This document shows positions 27,706 through 34,851 of a stretch of 34,851 bases of DNA, piece after piece. The stretch's first letter is position 1; the number at the start of each line of letters is the position of its first letter. Below the pieces are notes generated by a model. It saw only the letters and a program-made list of their open reading frames with translations. It made no database searches and had not been told where the DNA came from. Position numbers and translations under genes: made by a program. Origin of the DNA: a virus. Taxonomy: Duplodnaviria > Caudoviricetes. The stretch is taken from positions 1 to 34,851 of the IMG/VR virus record IMGVR_UViG_3300016665_000368. One strand, given 5' to 3'.

Positions 27706-29319
27706 ATGTCAACGCTAAACCCTGAAGCCCTCAACAGTCTCAACCAGCCACAAACCGAAGTTCGCCGTGACCGCTGGGGCCGCTACCAGGTACTGCCACC
27801 AGGAGCAGACAAACTCGTCGGCTACACCCGAGCCACCACCATCGCCAAACTCCTCGACGACACCTCGAGCCTCATGGCATGGAACGCCCGCATGACCGCC
27901 CTAGGACTCGCCCAACGCCCCGACCTCGTCGCATTAGTGGCAACCACCCCACAAGACGACAAAAGAGCTTTAGACGGCATTGTGAAGCGCGCGTCGGAAG
28001 CAGGAGGCGCCACCGTCCGACGAGACATCGGAACCGCCATTCACGGAATGCTCGAGCGACGCCTAGCCGACCCGACATTCAAAGCCCCGGAGCCGTACCA
28101 GGCTGACATCGACGCCATCATCGCCGCCATCGACGACGCCGGCCTTCAATTCGTCGAAGGCATGAGTGAACGAATCGTAGTCAACGACGACATTCAAGTC
28201 GCCGGAACCTTCGACCTTCTCCTCACCAACGGAACCGAAACATTCATGACCGATCTCAAAACCGGCTCATCGGTCAAATACGGAGGTCTTGGATTCGCGA
28301 TACAAGGCGCGATTTACGCCCACGCCCACAACCTCTACACCCAAGGCCCAGCGAAAGACGGCTCCGAAGACATCCGAGAACCAATGCCAGACGTCTCCAA
28401 AACCGTTGGAATCATCATTCACTGCCAACCCCAGTCCGCCGAAGTGAAACTCCATTGGCTAGACCTCGAGGCCGGCACAGAAGCCCTCGCCATCGCCCTC
28501 GAAGTGAAACGCCTTCGGAAACTTCAGCCACTCCACGAATTCACACTCACCCAAGCCACCGCCGCCATCCACGGCCACCAACGCCCTGGTCAGGTTCAAC
28601 ACGTCGACGACGCCTGGCGAAAAGCAACCGCCAAACGAATCTCAACGATCGTCACCGACGGACACGCCCAGCAGCTCGCGGAAGCATGGCCGCAAGATCA
28701 TCCGACATTGAAATCCGGTGACCCCATTACTCTCGACCAGGCTGATGGGATCGGACGCGTACTTGACGTACTTGAGAAACAGTTGGGGCTCCCCTTCGCC
28801 TCGCTCCCCGACCAGAACCCACCACCGAAACCACCGGCGAAATCGAAGCGTCGGCGCGCGATCAACGACGGCACAGACACCCTCGTCGACCTCGACATCG
28901 TCAACCGTTTAAACGACCGGGCCATGAACACTTTGACCCCAGCCGGTTTGGAATGGGTCAAACGCATCCTCGACGAAGCGAAAACCGCCGGCCGAACCCT
29001 CGCCCTTTCACCACCACAAGGACTCCCAGCGTTACGCCGCTACTGGGTCTGCGACCTCATCATCACCATCGCCGACCACGCCGACGACGAGCTCGCGTGG
29101 TGTCTGCTAGACCATGCCACCGGCCACACCATGCCCCACCATTCTCTCGGAGACGCCTTCGGTACTCTCCGAAAGACCGAAGCCCAAAAGGGTCTCGGAA
29201 TCGCCTACGCAATCGACAACCTCGACCTCATCCCCATGTGGGATGAAACAGGTATCCGGTTCGAAGGTGACATCAACGCCGCCATGCGCGGCATCCCGAC
29301 AGACAAGGAAACCAAATGA
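27706..29319 (+). CDS. PD-(D/E)XK (RecB/Cas4-like) exonuclease with long C-terminal extension
   Basis: 'RDRWGRY', 'YTRATT....L.D...L..W', 'GTAIH', 'VAGTFDL', 'DLKTG' and 'IQ.AIYA'. Confidence 0.82.
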   Translation: MSTLNPEALNSLNQPQTEVRRDRWGRYQVLPPGADKLVGYTRATTIAKLLDDTSSLMAWNARMTALGLAQRPDLVALVATTPQDDKRALDGIVKRASEAGGATVRRDIGTAIHGMLERRLADPTFKAPEPYQADIDAIIAAIDDAGLQFVEGMSERIVVNDDIQVAGTFDLLLTNGTETFMTDLKTGSSVKYGGLGFAIQGAIYAHAHNLYTQGPAKDGSEDIREPMPDVSKTVGIIIHCQPQSAEVKLHWLDLEAGTEALAIALEVKRLRKLQPLHEFTLTQATAAIHGHQRPGQVQHVDDAWRKATAKRISTIVTDGHAQQLAEAWPQDHPTLKSGDPITLDQADGIGRVLDVLEKQLGLPFASLPDQNPPPKPPAKSKRRRAINDGTDTLVDLDIVNRLNDRAMNTLTPAGLEWVKRILDEAKTAGRTLALSPPQGLPALRRYWVCDLIITIADHADDELAWCLLDHATGHTMPHHSLGDAFGTLRKTEAQKGLGIAYAIDNLDLIPMWDETGIRFEGDINAAMRGIPTDKETK

Positions 29320-29747
29320 CATTCGACACGAATGCAGCCCAATCCCTCACCCGAAAAGGTGGCGGAAACATCGCCAAATTCAACCAGATCGGCGACACCG
29401 TCAAAATCAAAATCACAGGACTTGAAGAACGGGAACAAACCGATTTCATTTCCGGTGAAGTGATCCGCTGGGCCGATGGCAAACCGAAAATGCAGTTTGT
29501 TTTCACCGGCATCGACCAGGACACCCAAGAGGAAATCCGACTGTTTGCCAAGGGTTACCTTCTCGGAGCGATCAAAGACGCCCTGGTGGCGGCCGACGCG
29601 AACCTCGAGGCCGGCGGAATCTTGGCCGTCAAGTTCTCCCATGAGGACGCCCCGTCGAAACCGGGATTGAATCCTGCGAAACGCTACAAGGCTCAGTATC
29701 AGCCTCCGAAGCCGGCATCCATCAGCGCCGACGATCTGCTCTCATGA
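29316..29747 (+). CDS. Single-stranded DNA-binding-like protein
   Basis: 'KF...GDTV...I', 'Q.DF..G....W.DGKPKMQ', 'LE.GG.L.V.F' and 'K.Y.A.Y'; acidic tip; follows the exonuclease. Confidence 0.6.
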   Translation: MTFDTNAAQSLTRKGGGNIAKFNQIGDTVKIKITGLEEREQTDFISGEVIRWADGKPKMQFVFTGIDQDTQEEIRLFAKGYLLGAIKDALVAADANLEAGGILAVKFSHEDAPSKPGLNPAKRYKAQYQPPKPASISADDLLS

Positions 29748-29899
29748 CAAAGCAGCTCATAGGAGCACAAGCCGACATCACCCTCGTCGCCATGATCGAC
29801 GAGGCAGCCAAACAAGCCGGCATCAACCGGTCCGAGTTCATCCGTCAGGCACTCGAGCAGCACGCCCGACAAATACTCAACCAACCGCCCCGGCCCTAA
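29744..29899 (+). CDS. Ribbon-helix-helix (CopG/Arc-like) DNA-binding protein, 51 aa
   Basis: Not in the ORF track. '[25 protein letters not shown]'; ATGA overlap. Confidence 0.8.
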   Translation: MTKQLIGAQADITLVAMIDEAAKQAGINRSEFIRQALEQHARQILNQPPRP

Positions 29900-29907
29900 C
29901 CCAGACC

Positions 29908-29957
29908 TGAAAGCCCCACCACACACCTCACCGTCCCCGACTGTGGTGGGGCTTTCA
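29908..29957 (+). terminator. 16-bp perfect inverted repeat
   Basis: TGAAAGCCCCACCACA (29908-29923) / TGTGGTGGGGCTTTCA (29942-29957), 18-nt loop. Confidence 0.6.
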
Positions 29958-29977
29958 CAACCCCGAAAGAACCTCCA

Positions 29978-30187
29978 ATGGAAACCGCCCATCTCCTCAT
30001 CCGCAAAGACCACAACCGCAACCTCTACCTCGTCGAAGCCGCCATGGGCGCCGACCGCATCACCCTCGCCACCACCATCGACCACGCCGACGCCTTCCAA
30101 ATCGCCCAAAACCTTCGACGCTGGACCCGACGCGACCCCGACAACATCCCATTCCCAATCTTCGACAAAGCAACACCCCAGCAATGA
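29978..30187 (+). CDS. Hypothetical protein
   Basis: 69 aa ORF with genome-typical codons; ATGA overlap downstream. Confidence 0.6.
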   Translation: METAHLLIRKDHNRNLYLVEAAMGADRITLATTIDHADAFQIAQNLRRWTRRDPDNIPFPIFDKATPQQ

Positions 30188-30345
30188 CAGGAAACACCGA
30201 ATGGCACTGCCCCCGATGCCAAGCCATTTACACGACACCACGACCGGCAACAGCGGTCCGCTGTCACGTCTGTATCCGCCAAACAAGGAGACAAACATGG
30301 ATGCAACCCCAACCAACTGGAAACAAACAACAGCAGCAGCCGTAG
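30184..30345 (+). CDS. 53-aa zinc-ribbon protein (WHCPRC...RCHVC)
   Basis: Not in the ORF track. Two CxxC motifs and an ATGA overlap; overlaps the next gene by 49 nt. Confidence 0.5.
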   Translation: MTGNTEWHCPRCQAIYTTPRPATAVRCHVCIRQTRRQTWMQPQPTGNKQQQQP

Positions 30346-30848
30346 GAATCCTCACAATCCTCGGAGCAGGAATCGCCGCCGGCAGATGCTCCGCCCCAGC
30401 ACAAGCCCAAGAAACACAAGAAGTTTTCACCACACCCTCGAGCATCGAATGGTCCGGCTATGACCTGCACACAAACGCAGCTCTCGCACTCCAAAACCTT
30501 CAAGTGTTCCTTAATTCCGTAACACCCGAAACGACAAGTTCTCCAAGATCGGCGGCGAGCCCAGAGGCTGTCCCACCGGTTACTCCATCAAGTGACCGGT
30601 GGGATCAGCTCGCCCAATGCGAATCCGGCGGCAACTGGCACATCAACACCGGAAACGGATTCGGTGGCGGCCTCCAATTCATGCACCAAAACACCTACTC
30701 GACCTGGCTGTCCTTCGGTGGAGACGCTTACGCCCCACACCCCTGGGAAGCCTCGAGGGAACAACAAATCGCAATCGCCGAGAAAGTCTTGGCGTCATCC
30801 GGCTGGAAAGCCTGGCCCGGCTGCGCACGACGAATGGGACTCCTGTAA
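30297..30848 (+). CDS. rpf: Resuscitation-promoting-factor (Rpf) transglycosylase with N-terminal signal/TM segment
   Basis: '[27 protein letters not shown]', 'TW..FGG', '[14 protein letters not shown]' and 'GW.AWPGC'. ATG 30297 with AAGGAG; hydrophobic N-terminus ending 'AQA'. Confidence 0.92.
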   Translation: MDATPTNWKQTTAAAVGILTILGAGIAAGRCSAPAQAQETQEVFTTPSSIEWSGYDLHTNAALALQNLQVFLNSVTPETTSSPRSAASPEAVPPVTPSSDRWDQLAQCESGGNWHINTGNGFGGGLQFMHQNTYSTWLSFGGDAYAPHPWEASREQQIAIAEKVLASSGWKAWPGCARRMGLL

Positions 30849-31147
30849 TGAGCGAGATCTACGACGCCTTCATCAAAGCCTTCGACGCTGACGATCCAGA
30901 CATTGTCAAACAACTTCGCACTGCCGTTTCCAGCGACATGGATGAATACGACTTTAGGGACGATCTCATGTTGAATGCAGCCCACGAGATTGAGCGACTG
31001 CGCGCTCTCATCACTGGCGCATTCATCGCTAAGTGGGTCGACGTCGAGGATCAGCAAGTCACCAACGTCATCACAGCTGAACTCGGCACTAAGGCGTCGA
31101 CTCCGGACGACATCGCCAACGCTCTCCGTAAGGCGGTCGGACGATGA
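30848..31147 (+). CDS. Hypothetical protein, 'AxEIERLR' family copy 1
   Basis: ATG 30848 (TAATG overlap); 'DIVKQLR...AAHEIERLRALIT...ALRKAVGR'. Confidence 0.7.
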   Translation: MSEIYDAFIKAFDADDPDIVKQLRTAVSSDMDEYDFRDDLMLNAAHEIERLRALITGAFIAKWVDVEDQQVTNVITAELGTKASTPDDIANALRKAVGR

Positions 31148-31389
31148 GCGACGACATTGTGGACCGACTTCGTACCTCGTGGTTTGATCGGATAGGTGAA
31201 CATTCTGACGACTGCTGGCAATGGCACATTGAATGTGCGTGTCAACGATCAGCCGACGAGATCGAACGTCTACGAGCACTCATCACCGAGTTGATCAACG
31301 CCGCTGCTGATGGTGGCGTTATGTACCAAGGCATAACGCAACGCTGGTGGGACGCGAAAGAAGCACTCCGTAAGGCGGTCGGACGATGA
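31124..31389 (+). repeat. 24-bp perfect direct repeat at gene ends
   Basis: CTCCGTAAGGCGGTCGGACGATGA at 31124-31147 and 31366-31389. Confidence 0.9.
31144..31389 (+). CDS. Hypothetical protein, 'AxEIERLR' family copy 2
   Basis: 'DIVDRLR...SADEIERLRALIT...ALRKAVGR'. Confidence 0.7.
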   Translation: MSDDIVDRLRTSWFDRIGEHSDDCWQWHIECACQRSADEIERLRALITELINAAADGGVMYQGITQRWWDAKEALRKAVGR

Positions 31390-31607
31390 AACACGCCAGC
31401 ATCAGTTATCTACGCTCGCTTGCCTACAACGCGCCACGACGAGAAAATCGGGAGCATTTCACCGCCGTCGCCGACGAGATCGACCTCCTCCGCACCGCCG
31501 GCAACAACCTCGAGAAGCAGCTGATGAAACTGCATCGCTACCACCACGGCCCAACCTGCGAAACCTGCCAGGCCCTCGACACATGGTGGACCGTGAACGG
31601 CAGATGA
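31386..31607 (+). CDS. Hypothetical protein, diverged 'ADEIxxLR' copy with H/C motif
   Basis: 'VADEIDLLR' and 'H...TCETC.AL..W'. Confidence 0.65.
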   Translation: MKHASISYLRSLAYNAPRRENREHFTAVADEIDLLRTAGNNLEKQLMKLHRYHHGPTCETCQALDTWWTVNGR

Positions 31608-31942
31608 AACACGGAACAACCGCCGCCTACAACCATCACGGCTGTCGATGTAACCCCTGCCGACAAGCCGCCTCCGCCTATCAGAAACAATGGCGACACA
31701 ACAACGGCAAAGCCATCGCCAACACCCACCACTGGCCACTTCAACCATTATTCGACGCCGCCGGAACCGACGACTTCACCGAACTCGCCTACCTCACCGG
31801 GTTCTCGACTCGAACAATTCACCGATGGAAAAACACTGGCATCCCCGACAAAGCCGCCGACCAGGCAGCCTGCAACCTCGGACTCCACCCCTACACGATC
31901 TGGCCGGAATGGTTCGACCCCTACCTTAAAGGAGCAGCATGA
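31604..31942 (+). CDS. HTH DNA-binding protein with N-terminal HGT..Y..GCRC..CR domain
   Basis: 'HGTTAAYNHHGCRCNPCR', HTH 'TELAYLTGFSTRTIHRW' and Ner-like 'LGLHPYTIWPEW'. Confidence 0.7.
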   Translation: MKHGTTAAYNHHGCRCNPCRQAASAYQKQWRHNNGKAIANTHHWPLQPLFDAAGTDDFTELAYLTGFSTRTIHRWKNTGIPDKAADQAACNLGLHPYTIWPEWFDPYLKGAA

Positions 31943-32136
31943 CCCCCGACGACATACTCCAAGCACTCAAAAACCAAAGGTTCTGGCCCAACCCCGACAC
32001 CCTCGACGAAGACCTCGCCAACGCCATCACCCTCATCCAGCAGCTCTGCGAAACCAACGCCAAATACATCGCCAACATGATGGAAGTCATGGCAGCCGTC
32101 GAAGACATCAACGAAGAAATCGCAAAACTCACATGA
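31939..32136 (+). CDS. Hypothetical helical protein
   Basis: 65 aa with AAGGAG RBS and ATGA overlaps. Confidence 0.6.
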   Translation: MTPDDILQALKNQRFWPNPDTLDEDLANAITLIQQLCETNAKYIANMMEVMAAVEDINEEIAKLT

Positions 32137-34328
32137 CAACTCCTCTCCCGACAGCAACCGAATCAACACTCTCCTCGGCAATCGACTACGCCCAACGAGG
32201 TTGGCGAATCGTCCCAATCCGACCAGGCGAAAAACGGCCGGCACTTTCTAACTGGCAGAACATCGCCACATCACACCTCGACACCGTCTACGAATGGTTC
32301 GAAGGCCCCTACAAAGACCACGGAATCGGCATCGCCACCGGCCCCGAATCCGGCATCTTCGTCCTCGACATCGACATCGCCGAAACCAAAGCAGGCGACG
32401 AAACCCTCGCCGACCTCGAACACACCCACGGACGCCTCCCAGACACACTCACAGTCCTCACCGGCTCCGGAGGCTGGCACTTCTACTACCGCTACCCACA
32501 AAACCTCGAAATCCGCAACGACGCCGGCCGACGACTCGGACCAGGACTCGACATTCGAGGAACAGGCGGACAAGTCGTCGCACCCCCAACCATCCACCCC
32601 AACGGACACCCCTACGAATGGGACCAAGGATGCGACACCATCGCCGACGCCCCACCCTGGCTCCTCCAACTCCTCACCACACGCGACGAACCCCCCACCA
32701 AACCAGCGTCAACCCACACCAACATCATCGACGCCAACGCCGACCGCGACTCCATAGCCGCCCGATACAACGACACCACCAACTGGACACAACTACTCAC
32801 CGACGACGGCTGGACCCTCACAACCACACTCCCCAGCGGAGAAACCCAATGGACCCGACCAGGTAAAAACCCCAGCGAAGGAATCTCCGCCACAGTCGGC
32901 CACGAAGGCCGCGACATCCTCAACGTCTTCACCTCCTCCATCCCATGGCTCCCAGAAGGCGCCTACTCACGCTTCGGCTACTACGCCTGCCGACACCACC
33001 AAGGAGACCGCTCAAAAGCAGCCACACACCTCCACAACATCACAGCAAGAACCACCGAAAACTATTTCGAAACCCAACTCATCACCCCAACCCCAACCCT
33101 CGAGGCTGACCCCGCCGACCGCATCGAACTCGCCCACCTAGTCAACTGGGAAAAACTCTGGACCGACGACCGCCCAGAAGAAGAATGGATAGCCGAACCA
33201 ATCATCCCCAAAGGCCGATCCATCGCCCTCTACGCCCCAGCCAAAGCCGGCAAATCCACCATCACCCTCGCCATCGTCGCAGCAGTAGCAACAGGCGGCC
33301 GCATCCTCGGACAAACCCGAGCCACCCCCACCAGCTGCCTCTACCTCGACTACGAAATGACCGAAGACGACCTCATCGAACGACTCACCGGACTCGGCTA
33401 CGGACCCCAAGACAACCTCACCAACCTCCACTACGCCCTACTCCCATCACTCCCACCACTCGACACACCAGAAGGCGCCCACGCCATCCTCAACCTCGTC
33501 GACCAAACAGCCGCCCAACTCGTAGTAGTCGACACATTCGGCCGAGCCGTCGAAGGCGACGAAGACAAAGCCGACACCGTCCGCAACTTCTACCGACACA
33601 CCGGCCTCAGCTTGAAAGCTCGAGGCGTCGCAGTCCTCCGCACAGACCACTCAGGCAAAGACACCGGAAAAGGAATGCGAGGGTCAAGCGCCAAAGCCGA
33701 CGACGTCGACATCGTCTGGCAACTCACCCGAACCGACACCAGCCAAGGCGAAGGCGTACGCCTCAACCGCACCCACTCCCGAATCTCCTGGGTACCCCAA
33801 GAAATCAAAATCCGACGAGTCGAAACCGACAACGGCCACGACTACACCATCGACGCCCAAGACCAAACATGGCCCAACGGAACCCGACAAGACGCCGACC
33901 TACTCGACACCCTCCAACTGCCACACAACATCGGCTTCAACGCAGCCAAAACAGCAGTCCGAGAATCCGGACACAAAATGCGAGACGCCCGCATCCGAAC
34001 CGCCCTCAAGTTCAGAAAACAAGCCGCCAACTCCGAAGCCAACCTCCGACTCACAGCCGGAATCACCGACAATTCACAAGCGCACAAGCGCGTCGGACGC
34101 GCCGAAAACCAGCCGGACGCGCAACGCGTCCCAAAAACCCCGGACGCGCACCCCGAAAAACGGGACGCGCCGGCCTCTAAACAAAAACCCCACGTCACAG
34201 GCTCAGAAAAACGGGACGCGATGAACCCCAATCGGGACGCGATAGTCGACGGTCCAACGGGACGCGTTCCCCCCTATAGGGGGACGCACCCGGACTCACC
34301 TACAAACACACCATCCCCACTGCTTTAA
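32133..34328 (+). CDS. Bifunctional primase-polymerase (Prim-Pol) fused to AAA_25/RepA-like helicase
   Basis: 'GW..VP..PG.KRP', 'IGIATG', 'VLDID', 'TGSGG.H.YY' and 'DIRG.GG.VVAPPTIH'; Walker A 'APAKAGKS', Walker B 'LVVVDT', 'DHSGK' and 'RGSSA'. Confidence 0.93.
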   Translation: MTTPLPTATESTLSSAIDYAQRGWRIVPIRPGEKRPALSNWQNIATSHLDTVYEWFEGPYKDHGIGIATGPESGIFVLDIDIAETKAGDETLADLEHTHGRLPDTLTVLTGSGGWHFYYRYPQNLEIRNDAGRRLGPGLDIRGTGGQVVAPPTIHPNGHPYEWDQGCDTIADAPPWLLQLLTTRDEPPTKPASTHTNIIDANADRDSIAARYNDTTNWTQLLTDDGWTLTTTLPSGETQWTRPGKNPSEGISATVGHEGRDILNVFTSSIPWLPEGAYSRFGYYACRHHQGDRSKAATHLHNITARTTENYFETQLITPTPTLEADPADRIELAHLVNWEKLWTDDRPEEEWIAEPIIPKGRSIALYAPAKAGKSTITLAIVAAVATGGRILGQTRATPTSCLYLDYEMTEDDLIERLTGLGYGPQDNLTNLHYALLPSLPPLDTPEGAHAILNLVDQTAAQLVVVDTFGRAVEGDEDKADTVRNFYRHTGLSLKARGVAVLRTDHSGKDTGKGMRGSSAKADDVDIVWQLTRTDTSQGEGVRLNRTHSRISWVPQEIKIRRVETDNGHDYTIDAQDQTWPNGTRQDADLLDTLQLPHNIGFNAAKTAVRESGHKMRDARIRTALKFRKQAANSEANLRLTAGITDNSQAHKRVGRAENQPDAQRVPKTPDAHPEKRDAPASKQKPHVTGSEKRDAMNPNRDAIVDGPTGRVPPYRGTHPDSPTNTPSPLL
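34088..34298 (+). repeat. GGACGCG iteron-like cluster with CCCCCTATAGGGGG palindrome (putative phage origin)
   Basis: GGACGCG at 34095, 34115, 34142, 34163, 34214, 34235 and 34260; inverted copy at 34125-34131; variants at 34282 and 34292; palindrome at 34270-34283. Confidence 0.7.
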
Positions 34329-34350
34329 ATCACCACCCTCGAGGAACCCC

Positions 34351-34695
34351 ATGGCACGACGACGCTGCGAAAAATGCGGAGGCTGGGTCACCCCACCCAA
34401 CCCATGCCAACCATGCCGAACCAAATACGAACGGGCACGCTCGAGGGGCAGAGGCACCAGGGAGGAGTACGCCGGAGCATGGCGCTACAACTCCCAACAA
34501 CTCCGAAACAACTGGATCATCCTTCACGGCTACCACTGCCCAGGCTGGAACATCGAAGGATGGACAGGCCGGCCGGCCCACCCAGCCACCGACCTAGTCG
34601 TCGACCACGACCTCGGAGTCATGTGCCGCAGCTGCAACAGCCACAAAGCCGCAACCTACGACCGGAGGAGGGATACCCCCAGGCTCGAGGACTAA
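34351..34695 (+). CDS. HNH endonuclease (terminase-associated)
   Basis: 'CEKC', 'CQPC', 'HCPG', 'LVVDH' and 'MCRSCNSHK'; last gene before terS on the circle. Confidence 0.85.
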   Translation: MARRRCEKCGGWVTPPNPCQPCRTKYERARSRGRGTREEYAGAWRYNSQQLRNNWIILHGYHCPGWNIEGWTGRPAHPATDLVVDHDLGVMCRSCNSHKAATYDRRRDTPRLED

Positions 34696-34827
34696 CCCAC
34701 AGACTTAGCCACAACCTTTTCCACACCTAGCCTCCGAGAGGCCCAGTTATCCACAACGCAGTTGTCCCCAACCCTGTCCACAGGTTGTCCACAGCCTGGG
34801 GATAAGGGGGGAGGGGCCTGTGGACAA
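34693..34827. promoter_or_regulatory. DnaA-box-like array, right-end part (7 forward, then 2 reverse)
   Basis: TAACCCACA 34693 (weak), TTAGCCACA 34705, TTTTCCACA 34717, TTATCCACA 34747, TTGTCCCCA 34762, CTGTCCACA 34774 and TTGTCCACA 34785; reverse TGGGGATAA 34797 and TGTGGACAA 34819. Confidence 0.85.
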
Positions 34828-34851
34828 CGGGGCCCTCGGAGGCTCCTCAAC

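Noticed and set aside
27706-28560. Cas4 suggesting a CRISPR-Cas system
   Set aside because: It is a stand-alone phage PD-(D/E)XK exonuclease with no cas neighbours, no array and no Cas4 Fe-S cysteine set.
32248-34231. Multiple minus-strand and Arg/Pro-rich alternative ORFs over the primase-helicase and other genes
   Set aside because: These are expected shadow ORFs in GC-rich, strongly codon-biased DNA, with no motifs or RBS support.
1-34851. Integrase/att site, CI repressor or ParAB partition system
   Set aside because: No recombinase or ParA motifs were recognised in any ORF, so temperate or plasmid-prophage status cannot be supported.
34845-34851. Exact cos overhang sequence at the window end
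   Set aside because: The HNH-terS context suggests cos nearby, but the cut site cannot be read from sequence alone, and the window boundary may be arbitrary.

Overview
The window looks like a complete or near-complete ~34.9 kb tailed dsDNA phage genome (siphovirus-like, HK97-type head) of an actinobacterial host, judged from WhiB, an Rpf domain and TTGTCCACA-type DnaA boxes. It is opened just upstream of the small terminase, and nearly all genes are on the + strand. Gene order: terS, terL, portal, a multidomain prohead protease carrying a HiPIP-like Cys motif, major capsid, then four glycosyltransferase genes plus a sugar O/N-acetyltransferase. Next come head-tail connector, tail terminator, a fifth glycosyltransferase (CgeB-like), tail tube, neck, a tail chaperone with a -1 frameshift, tape measure and tail tip proteins. 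Then amidase endolysin, metallophosphoesterase, DUF6378-like protein, holin and a collagen fibre module. The early/replication arm holds an Hjc-like resolvase, WhiB, a PD-(D/E)XK exonuclease, an SSB-like protein, an RHH protein, a stand-alone secreted Rpf, Prim-Pol/AAA helicase and HNH. No integrase, CI-type repressor or Par system was recognised. The most striking non-coding signal is an ordered array of about 21 DnaA boxes spanning the end/start junction (34693-34827 and 34-245), containing a ~116 bp dyad. It lies ~400 bp from a separate GGACGCG iteron cluster inside the primase-helicase gene. All family calls come from motif recognition by eye; no database search was run.
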